The notes under the pieces are model-generated. The model made no database searches, was not told where the DNA came from, and saw nothing but the letters and a program-made list of their open reading frames with translations. A DNA stretch of 59,104 bases from a virus (lineage: Duplodnaviria > Caudoviricetes). A program made the translations under genes and the position numbers. Location of the stretch: the IMG/VR virus record IMGVR_UViG_3300050016_000060, positions 1-59,104 of that record; one strand, written 5' to 3'. Below, in pieces: positions 45,623-54,579 of the stretch; positions within the stretch are counted from its first letter, which is position 1, and each line of letters begins with the position of its first letter.

Positions 45623-46870
45623 TTACGTGATTTTCACCGTTCGGCTCCCCGCGAACTGGAAAGGCCCAGAACTCACAATGCCGGTGACACTAACAGCATC
45701 GGTGTATGTGATCGTTGAATTCGGATCAAGAATCTGGCACGTTCCATCAATCGTCGCGTCCGTGATCGTGAACGGCGACAGGTTCCCGCTCGCATTCAAC
45801 GTGCATTGGTTCGCCATCGCCAGTCCCGTAATCGTCGAATTACTCACCCAGGTAATCGTGCAGTTCGTGTTCGCCACGATGGACGCATAGGTCAACCCAA
45901 CGCTGCCGATGAAAAGTTGCACCCCGGACTTCACCGTCACCGCTCCAGGGGCACAATAAAGCTCCAGGTTGCCGCTCGTGGCTATCACGCCTCCCGCAAT
46001 CGTAACACCGCTCCCCAGAACCAATGAGCCGCCGCCGTCTAATGCCGCCGACGCTATCGTTGACACTTCACCAGACTGGACGGCTACGCCAATCGAAGCT
46101 CCCAGGACGCTCACGGTACTACTTGCGTTGACGTTGAGCAACAGAATCGAGAACGCATCCACGGGCGAACCAGCGGCAAGCACGGTCAAAGCAACGTGTT
46201 GAGTCAGGCAGTTGTACCGTTCCCGTGACGGGCCGTTGCCAGAACCAATGCCAAGCGTAATGGTTAACGTGCCGCTGCCGATGAACTCGAAGTAAGTCGG
46301 ACGGTACTCAACATAGCCAAGCGGATTGTATGTCGGCAGGCCAATCGTGCCGGTGAACGATTGCCAGCGCGTGAAGCTCGCAAACTGGACCGCTGCTAAC
46401 GCGGTCAGGTTCCAGAGCAGCGGGACGGTCGAATCCGATACCACCACATCATCGCCGTTTACCGGGATAGCTGCCGAGCCTGCACGGTTCCAGTTGGCCG
46501 CAATCCCGACATCGGACGGCGAGCTATTTGCCGTCGTCGCCGTCAACGTGCATGTTGCCCCGCCAGCTTGTGCCTTGGTCAGCGTGAACGGCGTGCCGGG
46601 AACCGCTGCCGTGCCGACGATGTTCGTTGCCGATGGATTCGTCCAATTGACCTCAGCAAATTCAGGCGGTCCGGCTCCTTGCGTTGCTTGGAGCAATGCG
46701 GCCCATGTGGTCGCTGCCGTTGTGGTCGTGTCGGTATTGTTGCAAGTGTAGACAATGGATTTCCCATTGATGATTGCCGACAAGGTTCCACCGTTAGCTA
46801 CGGCGGTCACTTGGAGAGTCGCAACTTGCGCGATCTTTTGCGCATTCGGCGACCAAAAAGTTATTGCCAT
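45623..46870 (-). CDS. Virion structural protein, beta-rich
   Basis: 415 aa Thr/Ser/Gly-rich; AANW.....P..GDDV motif. Confidence 0.6.
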   Translation of the reverse strand: MAITFWSPNAQKIAQVATLQVTAVANGGTLSAIINGKSIVYTCNNTDTTTTAATTWAALLQATQGAGPPEFAEVNWTNPSATNIVGTAAVPGTPFTLTKAQAGGATCTLTATTANSSPSDVGIAANWNRAGSAAIPVNGDDVVVSDSTVPLLWNLTALAAVQFASFTRWQSFTGTIGLPTYNPLGYVEYRPTYFEFIGSGTLTITLGIGSGNGPSRERYNCLTQHVALTVLAAGSPVDAFSILLLNVNASSTVSVLGASIGVAVQSGEVSTIASAALDGGGSLVLGSGVTIAGGVIATSGNLELYCAPGAVTVKSGVQLFIGSVGLTYASIVANTNCTITWVSNSTITGLAMANQCTLNASGNLSPFTITDATIDGTCQILDPNSTITYTDAVSVTGIVSSGPFQFAGSRTVKIT

Positions 46871-47284
46871 TTAAGCCGCTCCGTTCTTGTGCTTTGCCTT
46901 GGCGTTCTCGACCTGCCGCCGCAACTCCGCAACCTGCGACCTCAACCGCTCGTTCTCGCCCCGCATTTCGATCTGCTGCAAGAGCAAATCATCCCGCTCT
47001 TTGATGAGGCCGTCAACGCGGCCCTGGACTTCGTGAAAGAGATTGTTCGCTTCGTACAGCCGATGCCCGATGGGATTGACGTTTCTCTCGGCAAGGGAAT
47101 TGTGCGGGTCAACCACCTCGATCTGATACGGCACGGGTTGCCCATCGAAGCGGTAGCCGTGATACTCCACGATGACGGCAGACGTGCCGCATATCGTTGC
47201 GGAAATGACCTTGAACGGAAATGGTAGCTTTGTCGTGGGCCGGTCATCGGACATGGACCTGGCCACTTCATTCACCTGCAACAT
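46871..47284 (-). CDS. Hypothetical protein with C-terminal coiled coil
   Basis: AAGGAG RBS; 137 aa. Confidence 0.6.
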   Translation of the reverse strand: MLQVNEVARSMSDDRPTTKLPFPFKVISATICGTSAVIVEYHGYRFDGQPVPYQIEVVDPHNSLAERNVNPIGHRLYEANNLFHEVQGRVDGLIKERDDLLLQQIEMRGENERLRSQVAELRRQVENAKAKHKNGAA

Positions 47285-47293
47285 GCGTTCTCC

Positions 47294-48784
47294 TTACCAT
47301 GCGGACTTGCCGCTTGTGAACAACAATGGGTCTTCCCGTGATTCCCTTATCGGCTGGCGTAGTCCTTGCACAACGCGGGCCGTGATTGATCGGCAGTCAA
47401 CCATATCATCATCTTCCCCAGGCGTTCCGGTCCACGACGAAAGTTGTTCTTTGAATGCCGAAAGCCACGGAGCATTTTGCGGTAGATGGACGCGATGGTT
47501 TTCTCCATCGATGATCGCTGCCGAGGCCCGCACCTTTTTATCTCGATTGCCAATTGGCATACACCGAACTTCGGGAATCTCAGGATGACGCCGATATTCC
47601 AAGAGCATCGCTTGCGAAAGATTGTCGTCATCACCAGCCACGATGTTCGGGTTCCACTGGCGGCACACATCGGCTAATCTCCCCCCAATATGCTCTAGCC
47701 GGATGCGGTCGTTAATGCTCTCAAATATAAGCGTTCGACCGTCCCGCGTCAAACCCGAATTTGCAGGAAGCAATCCCGATACCTCGATTGCCGTGTGATC
47801 GCTCGTTTTTTTCTTGCCCAGCGAAACGTCAATCGAGACGACAATCGTCACGTCCTTTGCATAATAAACTCGCCGTGTAGCCCCTTCCATCACCCACCAT
47901 GAATTAGGCACGCTATACGTCGATCCATAGATGGGCCAGTCCTGCGGCTTAAATAGCAGCCCTTCTTCGTCAGGCGGTTCCTGTTGCCAGCACGCCTTGA
48001 ACCATCGCCCGCGTTTTTGTTGAATCAACTGCAATCGCTTGAGCGGCACACGTTCAGGCCAAAGAGCATCACCTGCCTTGCGCCCGAGAATATCGTTTTC
48101 GCCAGCAATCGCTTTGAACTTCACGACACGCCATTTCTCGCCCGTGTCCATCGCCTCCCGATAAATCCGCCCCGGCAAGTCATCTTTCACCCATCGCGTT
48201 GTTACCATGATGATCGGAGCAACAGGACCGAGCCGCGAATAGGCCACGGTCGAATACCAGTCCCAATGGTTATCGAGGATCGTTTTCGATTGCGCCTGTT
48301 CCGCGTCCTTGATAACATCATCCAGAATGAGCATATCGGCAGGCCGTCCTGTCAAGCCGCCTTTCAATCCCTTGCAGACCAATCCGCCCCCGTGCCCCTC
48401 GATGTTCCATTCGTTCTTTGATTTCGTGTCTTTACGCAATTCGATCCCGTGTGGCCCACCGAATCTCCTAATAACTTCGCGGACCTTCGAGCCGAACGTA
48501 CCGGAATAATGTTCTTCATAAGACGCCAGCACGATCCGCATGAACGGGAAAAGCAAGAGAATCCAGGCAGGGAAGTAATGCGAGCAAAGAACACTCTTGC
48601 CGTGCTGAAATGGCATGTGAACGCCGAGCCGATCATTCAGACCGAGGCCGATGTCCACTAGCTCTTTGTTGACGACCGCGAGATGAGGGGCCATTCGCCA
48701 TTTGCCGTTTGTGTCGGCAAACGCTAATGTTGCTGGACTTGCAAGGTGCGGGCAGCGTTCAAGAAGTTCAGGAAGCTGCATCAT
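47294..48784 (-). CDS. terL: Terminase large subunit
   Basis: MPFQHGKS Walker A, LTGRPADMLILDD Walker B, TRW..DDL.G, SID, DDDMVD nuclease motifs. Confidence 0.95.
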   Translation of the reverse strand: MMQLPELLERCPHLASPATLAFADTNGKWRMAPHLAVVNKELVDIGLGLNDRLGVHMPFQHGKSVLCSHYFPAWILLLFPFMRIVLASYEEHYSGTFGSKVREVIRRFGGPHGIELRKDTKSKNEWNIEGHGGGLVCKGLKGGLTGRPADMLILDDVIKDAEQAQSKTILDNHWDWYSTVAYSRLGPVAPIIMVTTRWVKDDLPGRIYREAMDTGEKWRVVKFKAIAGENDILGRKAGDALWPERVPLKRLQLIQQKRGRWFKACWQQEPPDEEGLLFKPQDWPIYGSTYSVPNSWWVMEGATRRVYYAKDVTIVVSIDVSLGKKKTSDHTAIEVSGLLPANSGLTRDGRTLIFESINDRIRLEHIGGRLADVCRQWNPNIVAGDDDNLSQAMLLEYRRHPEIPEVRCMPIGNRDKKVRASAAIIDGENHRVHLPQNAPWLSAFKEQLSSWTGTPGEDDDMVDCRSITARVVQGLRQPIRESREDPLLFTSGKSAW

Positions 48785-49181
48785 GGGGTTTGCCGTTGGT
48801 GTCCTCGATTGCCTTGACCGGCGAACAAACTTGATCGGAGAAGGCAACCAACATCTTACGGACCTCTGGCGATTTCATGGCTTCCCGCAGCCCTGCCGTA
48901 GCTTCCATAACGTCCGTTTGCCGCTCTTGGACGCGAACCGCTTCACGCTTCACGTTGATCGAATCAGCCGTCAAAAGGACTTTCGCCGCTAAAAGTTGCC
49001 AGCGTTCGCTATCGGAGAACATGAGAATTGTATGGGCCTGGCCGATGATATTCTGCCGTATTTCCGGCGTCATCTGGTATTCGTTGCGAATTGCGGTGTT
49101 GGCCAGTTTCAAATCGGAACGTGTAACTTCCCCCTGACCCCCCATGAATTTGCCGTTTGAGTGGCCGTTGGTTTCGCTCAT
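48768..49181 (-). CDS. terS: Putative terminase small subunit
   Basis: 137 aa helical protein overlapping terL start; positional. Confidence 0.5.
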   Translation of the reverse strand: MSETNGHSNGKFMGGQGEVTRSDLKLANTAIRNEYQMTPEIRQNIIGQAHTILMFSDSERWQLLAAKVLLTADSINVKREAVRVQERQTDVMEATAGLREAMKSPEVRKMLVAFSDQVCSPVKAIEDTNGKPHDAAS

Positions 49182-49423
49182 CTGAATTGCCCCATCCTAC
49201 TCGCCTCATGCCCCATCCCGATCATCACCAACGCCAAGAGGCCAATCAGCAATATGGCTATCGTCGAAACAGCCCCCACGCCAATCACCCGCAACCATTG
49301 CGGCAGCACCTTGCCAAACTCGCCGAGGCCCATGACCATCGGGGCTTGCATCAAGCGAGCTATGGCGTAGATCGCAATAATGAAGCCGATAACCTGCATC
49401 ATCTGAAATTGGACGGGGAACAT
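49178..49423 (-). CDS. Small two-TM membrane protein
   Basis: Two hydrophobic segments; first gene of the late operon. Confidence 0.6.
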   Translation of the reverse strand: MFPVQFQMMQVIGFIIAIYAIARLMQAPMVMGLGEFGKVLPQWLRVIGVGAVSTIAILLIGLLALVMIGMGHEASRMGQFR

Positions 49424-49429
49424 GGTTCA

Positions 49430-49458
49430 ATCCTAGTCTGAGGTTTTCGCCGTGTCAA
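49430..49458 (-). promoter_or_regulatory. Promoter heading the morphogenesis operon (leaderless first gene)
   Basis: TTGACA-17-TAGGAT, 6 nt before ATG 49423. Confidence 0.65.
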
Positions 49459-49588
49459 GACCCTTCCACGATGCTGGCAATATGTGAGCCCTGGGAGCCG
49501 GGCTCTGGGTTGTGTTGCTGTGGTACGGATGGGTCGTGCTGGATTGCTGGCTCGTGATGCGCTGGCTGCTGGCGTGAAACCTACAAGC

Positions 49589-49741
49589 CTAGAACTCTCT
49601 TCGCCTCCTGCAGTCGTTTGAACGGCCCCTCGCCGCGGATTTTTTGCGTTTTGCTTTTTTCTTCCGGTATCGTTTTTCCGCGCGGTCAAGTTCACGCTTG
49701 CCAACCGCCAGGAGAGCGCGGAGTAATTCGTCAAAGGTCAT
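49589..49741 (-). CDS. Small basic protein coupled to IS1595-like gene
   Basis: MTFDELLRALLAVGKRELDRAEKR..., homologous to 56378-56518. Confidence 0.65.
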   Translation of the reverse strand: MTFDELLRALLAVGKRELDRAEKRYRKKKAKRKKSAARGRSNDCRRRREF

Positions 49742-50622
49742 TGCCGTTGCCCCCGACAGATGCGGTGGATATATCGGATTGGCACACAAAAACGTTCGGC
49801 CAATTCAGCTCGCGACACGGATTCCTTGACCCGATGAATCTCAGCAATCTGTGCATCGGTCAAGAGTGCAAGGTGTTGTCGCTGCCCTCTCGCAGTGGTT
49901 CCGTGCCGGCGCTTGTCAGCCGCATTTTCCAAAGGCGTGCCCCATGCGAGATTATCCAACCGATTGTTCTCGCGGTTGCCGTCGAGATGCCTTGCCTCTT
50001 TGCCGTCTGGTCGTGGCCCAATGAACGCGGCGAGAACGATTCCAGCAACATTGACGTTGCGGCTTGCGGACTCGCTTCGCAGCGAAACACACCGATAGCC
50101 GTGACCGTTCAGCGTTGGATGCAGAAATTTCCACGGGCCATGAAATTTCGACCAAACCGATCCATTACTCCCAACGCGGTATGCCGGGAATCCGGCAATT
50201 GGACGATATTCTACGTGCGGTTCGGCGAGCAAAAATTCTTGAGTCTCCATCGCGACTTTGAGCCGGTGCAAAAGATACCACGCGGACGGCTGGCGGATGC
50301 CGAGCGCCCGCGCGAGTTCGCAACTGCTGATCCCGTTCTTGGCGTTGGCTCTACACCAGACGGCCACGAACCACTTATCCAAGCCGAGCGGCGAATCTTC
50401 AAAGATCGTCCCGACCTTCGCGGAGAATTGCTTGCGGCACCCAGCCGCTTTGCATTGGAGCATACACCGACTGGCGATGTTGCCGATCTTGTCCCCGCCG
50501 CATTTCGGACAGGTGATTTTCCCGTCCGGCCATTTCAGGCGGATCATGTAGGCGTGACACTCGCCGAGATCGGCGAAGTGCGTCACGGCTTCGATCAGGG
50601 TTTTTGGTCCGTTCTCGTTCAT
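49738..50622 (-). CDS. Fusion: IS1595 transposase Zn-ribbon + HTH joined to NUMOD4-HNH endonuclease
   Basis: KWPDG..CPKCG...CRKQFSAKVGTIFEDS.L.L.KWF...KNGISS..LAR.LG....AW..LHR then YRPIAGFPAYRV...G.VWS, HLDGNRENNRLDNLAWGT..EN. Confidence 0.85.
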   Translation of the reverse strand: MNENGPKTLIEAVTHFADLGECHAYMIRLKWPDGKITCPKCGGDKIGNIASRCMLQCKAAGCRKQFSAKVGTIFEDSPLGLDKWFVAVWCRANAKNGISSCELARALGIRQPSAWYLLHRLKVAMETQEFLLAEPHVEYRPIAGFPAYRVGSNGSVWSKFHGPWKFLHPTLNGHGYRCVSLRSESASRNVNVAGIVLAAFIGPRPDGKEARHLDGNRENNRLDNLAWGTPLENAADKRRHGTTARGQRQHLALLTDAQIAEIHRVKESVSRAELAERFCVPIRYIHRICRGQRQ

Positions 50623-50625
50623 GGA

Positions 50626-50853
50626 TCATTTCCCTTCCGGCGATTTGCTGGCGTGCTCGGTCATGGCTTCTTGGATTTCCGCCAGGCGAGATTTTGGAAG
50701 AACGAACACAAGGCCATGATCCGTGCGGCGCGCCTGTGGGAGATGCTCATCGGGTAGCCTCTCAAAAGGACGCCCCCGCCAAGGCCGAACGCCGAAGCGT
50801 TCCAAGGGTCCGCACTCCTGAGCGGTTTCCTTGGCGGGGACTCGGAGTATCAC
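50626..50853 (-). CDS. Hypothetical protein
   Basis: GTGA overlap with upstream gene. Confidence 0.45.
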   Translation of the reverse strand: MILRVPAKETAQECGPLERFGVRPWRGRPFERLPDEHLPQARRTDHGLVFVLPKSRLAEIQEAMTEHASKSPEGK

Positions 50854-51242
50854 GCATCGACGCCAGACGATCCGAGGATCACCGAGAAACGCCAGTAAAT
50901 AGTGTACGCGCATTCTTTCGCGCTGGAAAATCCGGAATCCCCGCCGAACAGCGGGCCACCATTAAGGCCGAAAGAAATAACATCGCTTGGAGCGTGGTTG
51001 GCCCAATTGACGACGGCCTTGAGCCGAACCAAAAAATCGCTTGGCTGCCCACATCGGAGGGCGGCCAAAATTCTCCACCGATGCTGTGGGCAGATGCCAC
51101 CGGCATAGTATGCCGCGACCTCTGCAATTTTTCGCAGAAGAGGCGTCCATCGGTCGTCGAAATGGCCGAATTGAGTGTGGACGATTGGGTGCCGACGATA
51201 CATCGGATGCTCGTCGCCAGAGAGGACAGACACGATACACAT
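50850..51242 (-). CDS. Hypothetical protein
   Basis: AGGAG 7 nt before ATG 51242. Confidence 0.55.
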   Translation of the reverse strand: MCIVSVLSGDEHPMYRRHPIVHTQFGHFDDRWTPLLRKIAEVAAYYAGGICPQHRWRILAALRCGQPSDFLVRLKAVVNWANHAPSDVISFGLNGGPLFGGDSGFSSAKECAYTIYWRFSVILGSSGVDA

Positions 51243-51325
51243 AGCATTGCTCCTGAATTAGGGACGGGCTGCCGAACACTCGACAGGCTGGATTGAGGAC
51301 CGGGCTGACGAGGCCCGGCGAAAAA

Positions 51326-51565
51326 TCAAAACTCTTGAGCGGTCGCGAACATGGCCTCACCAGTCGCGTCATCGACCGTCGTAACAGGCCCGTAAGCCCG
51401 ATGGCTCCCGTTGCTCTGACAGATGCGTTTCTGCCAGCCTTTTTTCGTCCGCCGAATCTGATGATGGTGGACTCCGCCGGCGCTCGCCTGATCGTTGGCG
51501 ACATCGTGCGTGTAGCCAGTGGTGCGATAGGTGTTCCATGTCGTCTTGCTGATCGTGGTCTTCAT
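51326..51565 (-). CDS. Hypothetical early protein
   Basis: GGAG RBS; first gene after duplicated promoter. Confidence 0.65.
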   Translation of the reverse strand: MKTTISKTTWNTYRTTGYTHDVANDQASAGGVHHHQIRRTKKGWQKRICQSNGSHRAYGPVTTVDDATGEAMFATAQEF

Positions 51566-51610
51566 GATCTTTCTCCGATGCGTCCTGCCCCTGATCGCCG
51601 GGGCCGCGTC

Positions 51611-51683
51611 GTCGAGTTCCTCACCCGACACCTTAATTATACCGGATAGCGTCGATGAGTCAAGCGTATAGTCTAGTTATTTT
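51611..51683 (-). promoter_or_regulatory. 73-bp direct repeat copy 1 containing strong promoter
   Basis: TTGACT-16-TATAAT; identical to 52904-52976. Confidence 0.85.
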
Positions 51684-51731
51684 GAAAGATTTATCAAAAT
51701 ACTTTCCTGACGTTCCCGACAGGTTTTACTC

Positions 51732-51755
51732 TGATGAGCCAAATGGATAATCACC
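51732..51755 (-). repeat. IS1595-like TIR (no partner found)
   Basis: GGTGATTATCCATTTGGCTCATCA. Confidence 0.7.
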
Positions 51756-52014
51756 CAAGCAAGTGCAGGGCATCTTGCGGTGTGCGAGCGCAGTAGATTC
51801 TCTGAGCGAAAGCTGGACTGTCAGCGTATGCCGAGTAGACGTTGTGCCGCGTATTGCAATCGTCGCAGAGTGTCGGCACGGTCATATCAGGTTCAATCGG
51901 AGCCATCCCAGGCATCCCGAAGTCAAGGACTTTGGGGTTGTTCGACCAGAACAATCCATCGTCAGATTCGCGGCCACAATGGGCACACAGACCGCCAAGT
52001 TTTGCCGAGCGCAT
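51751..52014 (-). CDS. Small Zn-binding hypothetical protein
   Basis: CAHCG...LCDDC; GGAGG RBS; stop codon inside the TIR. Confidence 0.6.
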   Translation of the reverse strand: MRSAKLGGLCAHCGRESDDGLFWSNNPKVLDFGMPGMAPIEPDMTVPTLCDDCNTRHNVYSAYADSPAFAQRIYCARTPQDALHLLG

Positions 52015-52164
52015 TTATGCCTCCTATTCGAGCGGTTTGAGACAGGGGAGTTTCGCCACGCGCCGCCAATGACACTTCCGCTCAAGAGCCTTGTGCGGCT
52101 TGCCCTTTTTGCAGTCCCACACGCTGATAGTCCATTGCTGTCCTTCGCCCGGCTCACCGGTGAA

Positions 52165-52863
52165 TCAATGGGTGTGGCTCCGGCTGATTTTCGTGGTGCC
52201 GTCGGGTTGGGCGGTTTCACTCAGAATGTCGATGTCACATTCCTCGACCGAACCGTCACACGTCGCACTCCAGCGCCGAATCTCGACAGGCCGGCCGGTC
52301 AACTTGGCCTGCTCAAACGCGGCTCGGCGCTTCGCCTGACGTTCGGCGTTTTTCGCGTCCAGCTTGGCTTTCTCTTCGTCCAAGCCGGGTTTGGCGAAGG
52401 CGACAGCGGCGGGATAGGTGAAACTCTCGCCTAAGGCGTCGATCACTTCGTTTTTGACGTGCGTTCCCCAGCCGCGAACGTCTTTCGCCAGGCCGAGCTT
52501 TTCCAGGAGTTCGGCCGCGTACCCAGAGACCGCATAGCCGGTCAGGTATTCCCCGTCGTGATAGTGATAGGTGACCTTGATTGGATCGGTGCCGTTTTCG
52601 ATTCGCTCGTGAGAGGCTTTTTCTTCGGCCGCTTTTGCGTCGGCCGCTTTTTTCTGCTCAGCCACAATTTCTCGGACCTTGGCCGCGAGTTCCGGTTTAT
52701 CCGCGATTCGGACCTTCAGCGTCCGCTTCGCCCCGCCGACGGTCTGGGTGCCGAAATCCACCATCGTCTCGCCGTCCTGCTGGACGATGCGACCGCCGGT
52801 GAACGTCCCGCCGCCGAGTATGCCGGCCGGTGCGGTCCAAGTGATGCTTTTTTCGTTCGACAT
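52165..52863 (-). CDS. Hypothetical early protein
   Basis: 232 aa; AAGGG RBS; first gene after promoter copy 2. Confidence 0.7.
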   Translation of the reverse strand: MSNEKSITWTAPAGILGGGTFTGGRIVQQDGETMVDFGTQTVGGAKRTLKVRIADKPELAAKVREIVAEQKKAADAKAAEEKASHERIENGTDPIKVTYHYHDGEYLTGYAVSGYAAELLEKLGLAKDVRGWGTHVKNEVIDALGESFTYPAAVAFAKPGLDEEKAKLDAKNAERQAKRRAAFEQAKLTGRPVEIRRWSATCDGSVEECDIDILSETAQPDGTTKISRSHTH

Positions 52864-52903
52864 GGTTTTTCCCTTTCGTGCCCCGGGTCGGCCAGGGTTG
52901 CCG

Positions 52904-52976
52904 GTCGAGTTCCTCACCCGACACCTTAATTATACCGGATAGCGTCGATGAGTCAAGCGTATAGTCTAGTTATTTT
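52904..52976 (-). promoter_or_regulatory. 73-bp direct repeat copy 2 containing strong promoter
   Basis: Identical to 51611-51683. Confidence 0.85.
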
Positions 52977-53025
52977 CGGATTTTCCCGAAAATAGTTTTC
53001 TTGCCGTCCCGAAAGGCTCGGGGCG

Positions 53026-53049
53026 TGGTGCGTCAAGTGGATAATCACC
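53026..53049 (-). repeat. IS1595-like TIR abutting target sequence CAAATGAA
   Basis: GGTGATTATCCACTTGACGCACCA. Confidence 0.75.
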
Positions 53050-53070
53050 CAAATGAAGGCAATAATATAG

Positions 53071-53099
53071 TTGACTCACCACGCTCCGCTGCCTATAAC
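53071..53099 (+). promoter_or_regulatory. Promoter whose -35 lies inside the left TIR
   Basis: TTGACT-17-TATAAC, 6 nt before ATG 53106. Confidence 0.65.
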
Positions 53100-53105
53100 G
53101 AGAGT

Positions 53106-53882
53106 ATGAGCATGACAGAAAAACGCATCGAACTTTGGTCTTGTGGCGGCGGTCGGCAGTCAGCCGGTATCGCGGCCTTCATCAAGGAAGGCTTGCTCCC
53201 CAGGCCGGATCATGTCGTCATGGTCGCCTTGGAATGGGAAGTGCGGACGGTCTGGGCCTACGTCAACGCCTACATCCGCCCCGCAATGGAATCGCTGGGT
53301 ATCCCGTTCACAGCCATTCCACGAAAGAAGTACGCGACGAAAGACTTCTGGGGCGGCGCAGACGGCGATTCCACGCTCTTGCCGGTCTACACGAACCAAT
53401 CGGGCGAGAACTCCAAGCTGCCAGAGTTTTGCAGCGGGGAGTGGAAGCGAGAAGTCGTCAAGCGCTGGGCCGCTGAACAACCTGGGTGGAAAGATCGCGG
53501 GGTAAATTGCTGGACTGGCATCAGCAAGGATGAGGCGGGCCGTCGCGGTGTCGCGCGGGCCTTGTGGTACGGGCCGACGTATCCCCTGCTCGATGTCCTC
53601 TGCACTCGCGTTGCCGGTTGCCTGATGGCTGTAGAGCGTCAAGGATGGCCAGCCCCGCCACGTTCGCGGTGTCGGCATTGTCCGAACCAGCAAGACGCGG
53701 AGTGGGCCGAACTGACTCCCGAAGAGTGGGAGCTTGCCTGCCAGACCGATGAAATGGTCCGCGAAGTCGATCCCCACGCTTTCCTGCATAAGAGCATGAT
53801 GCCGCTGCGAATGGTTACGTTGAATCCAGACGACGACAACGGCGGCTTGTACGGTGGATGCCAGAGCGGAACTTGTTGCTAA
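53106..53882 (+). CDS. PAPS reductase-like / PP-loop adenine nucleotide alpha-hydrolase family protein
   Basis: SCGGGRQS, CSGEWK, GISKDE, YPLL, PPRSRCRHCP, terminal GCQSGTC. Confidence 0.8.
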   Translation: MSMTEKRIELWSCGGGRQSAGIAAFIKEGLLPRPDHVVMVALEWEVRTVWAYVNAYIRPAMESLGIPFTAIPRKKYATKDFWGGADGDSTLLPVYTNQSGENSKLPEFCSGEWKREVVKRWAAEQPGWKDRGVNCWTGISKDEAGRRGVARALWYGPTYPLLDVLCTRVAGCLMAVERQGWPAPPRSRCRHCPNQQDAEWAELTPEEWELACQTDEMVREVDPHAFLHKSMMPLRMVTLNPDDDNGGLYGGCQSGTCC

Positions 53883-53891
53883 AGGTGAACC

Positions 53892-54431
53892 GTGATTGAT
53901 GAGAAGAAATCGACGGAAGCAGTTGCACTTGAACACGGCATGAATTGCCCACATAGGACGCCGAACAGCGACGACGATTGCACCTGCGGATTGCGTTGGC
54001 GGATCGCTCTCCAAACAGAACAGACGATGCACGCCGCATGGAGGAAGAGAGCCGAGGAAGCAGAAGCCGCGATTGCCGTTAGCTCTCAAGATGCCGTAGC
54101 CAAAGAATGCGAACGAATCAGCATCACAATCTACATGGCCGGGGACATCGCCCAGGCCAAGCAGATCATCCGTGGTTTTTGTTGGGCTCGCGGCTGGTGC
54201 GTAACGGTGACGCCAACGGCGTACATCTACTCCGGTGGTGAAGAAAGCGGCTTCATTGTTGGAATCGAAAACTATCCGCGATTCCCTTCCACGCTGGATG
54301 AATTGACCGGGAAGGCAAAGGAACTTGCCGAACGATTGGCCGTGCTTCTCTTTCAGAAAAGTTACATGATCTGCACACCAAAAACGACATTCTGGCAAAC
54401 CGACAAAATGCCTTTTGAAAAGGACAGTTGA
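53892..54431 (+). CDS. Conserved phage hypothetical protein
   Basis: IYMAGD...CVTVTPTAYIYSGGEESGFIVGIENYPRFP. Confidence 0.7.
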   Translation: MIDEKKSTEAVALEHGMNCPHRTPNSDDDCTCGLRWRIALQTEQTMHAAWRKRAEEAEAAIAVSSQDAVAKECERISITIYMAGDIAQAKQIIRGFCWARGWCVTVTPTAYIYSGGEESGFIVGIENYPRFPSTLDELTGKAKELAERLAVLLFQKSYMICTPKTTFWQTDKMPFEKDS

Positions 54432-54579
54432 ATGAACGCAGACGGACCCCAAACCCTGATCGAAGCTGTGAAGCACTACGCTGATCTCACGGTCTGCCAT
54501 AACTACATGGTCAAGCTGAAATGGTCTGATGGCCGGATCGTCTGCCCGAAGTGTGGTAGCGACAAGATCGGCTCGGCAA

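Noticed and set aside
49440-49590. Partner TIR for the elements starting at 51755 or 53049
   Set aside because: Only GGCAAT at 49476 matches; the inner TTG(A/G)C(G/T)CA part and target duplication are absent
50879-51247. Alternative 122-aa ORF
   Set aside because: RBS spacing and GTGA coupling favour 50850-51242
4677-53049. Whole morphogenesis region as one giant TIR-bounded transposon
   Set aside because: Orientation fits, but flanks (CAATCGAA vs CAAATGAA) do not match exactly, the 4677 TIR is partial, and phage genes continue on both sides
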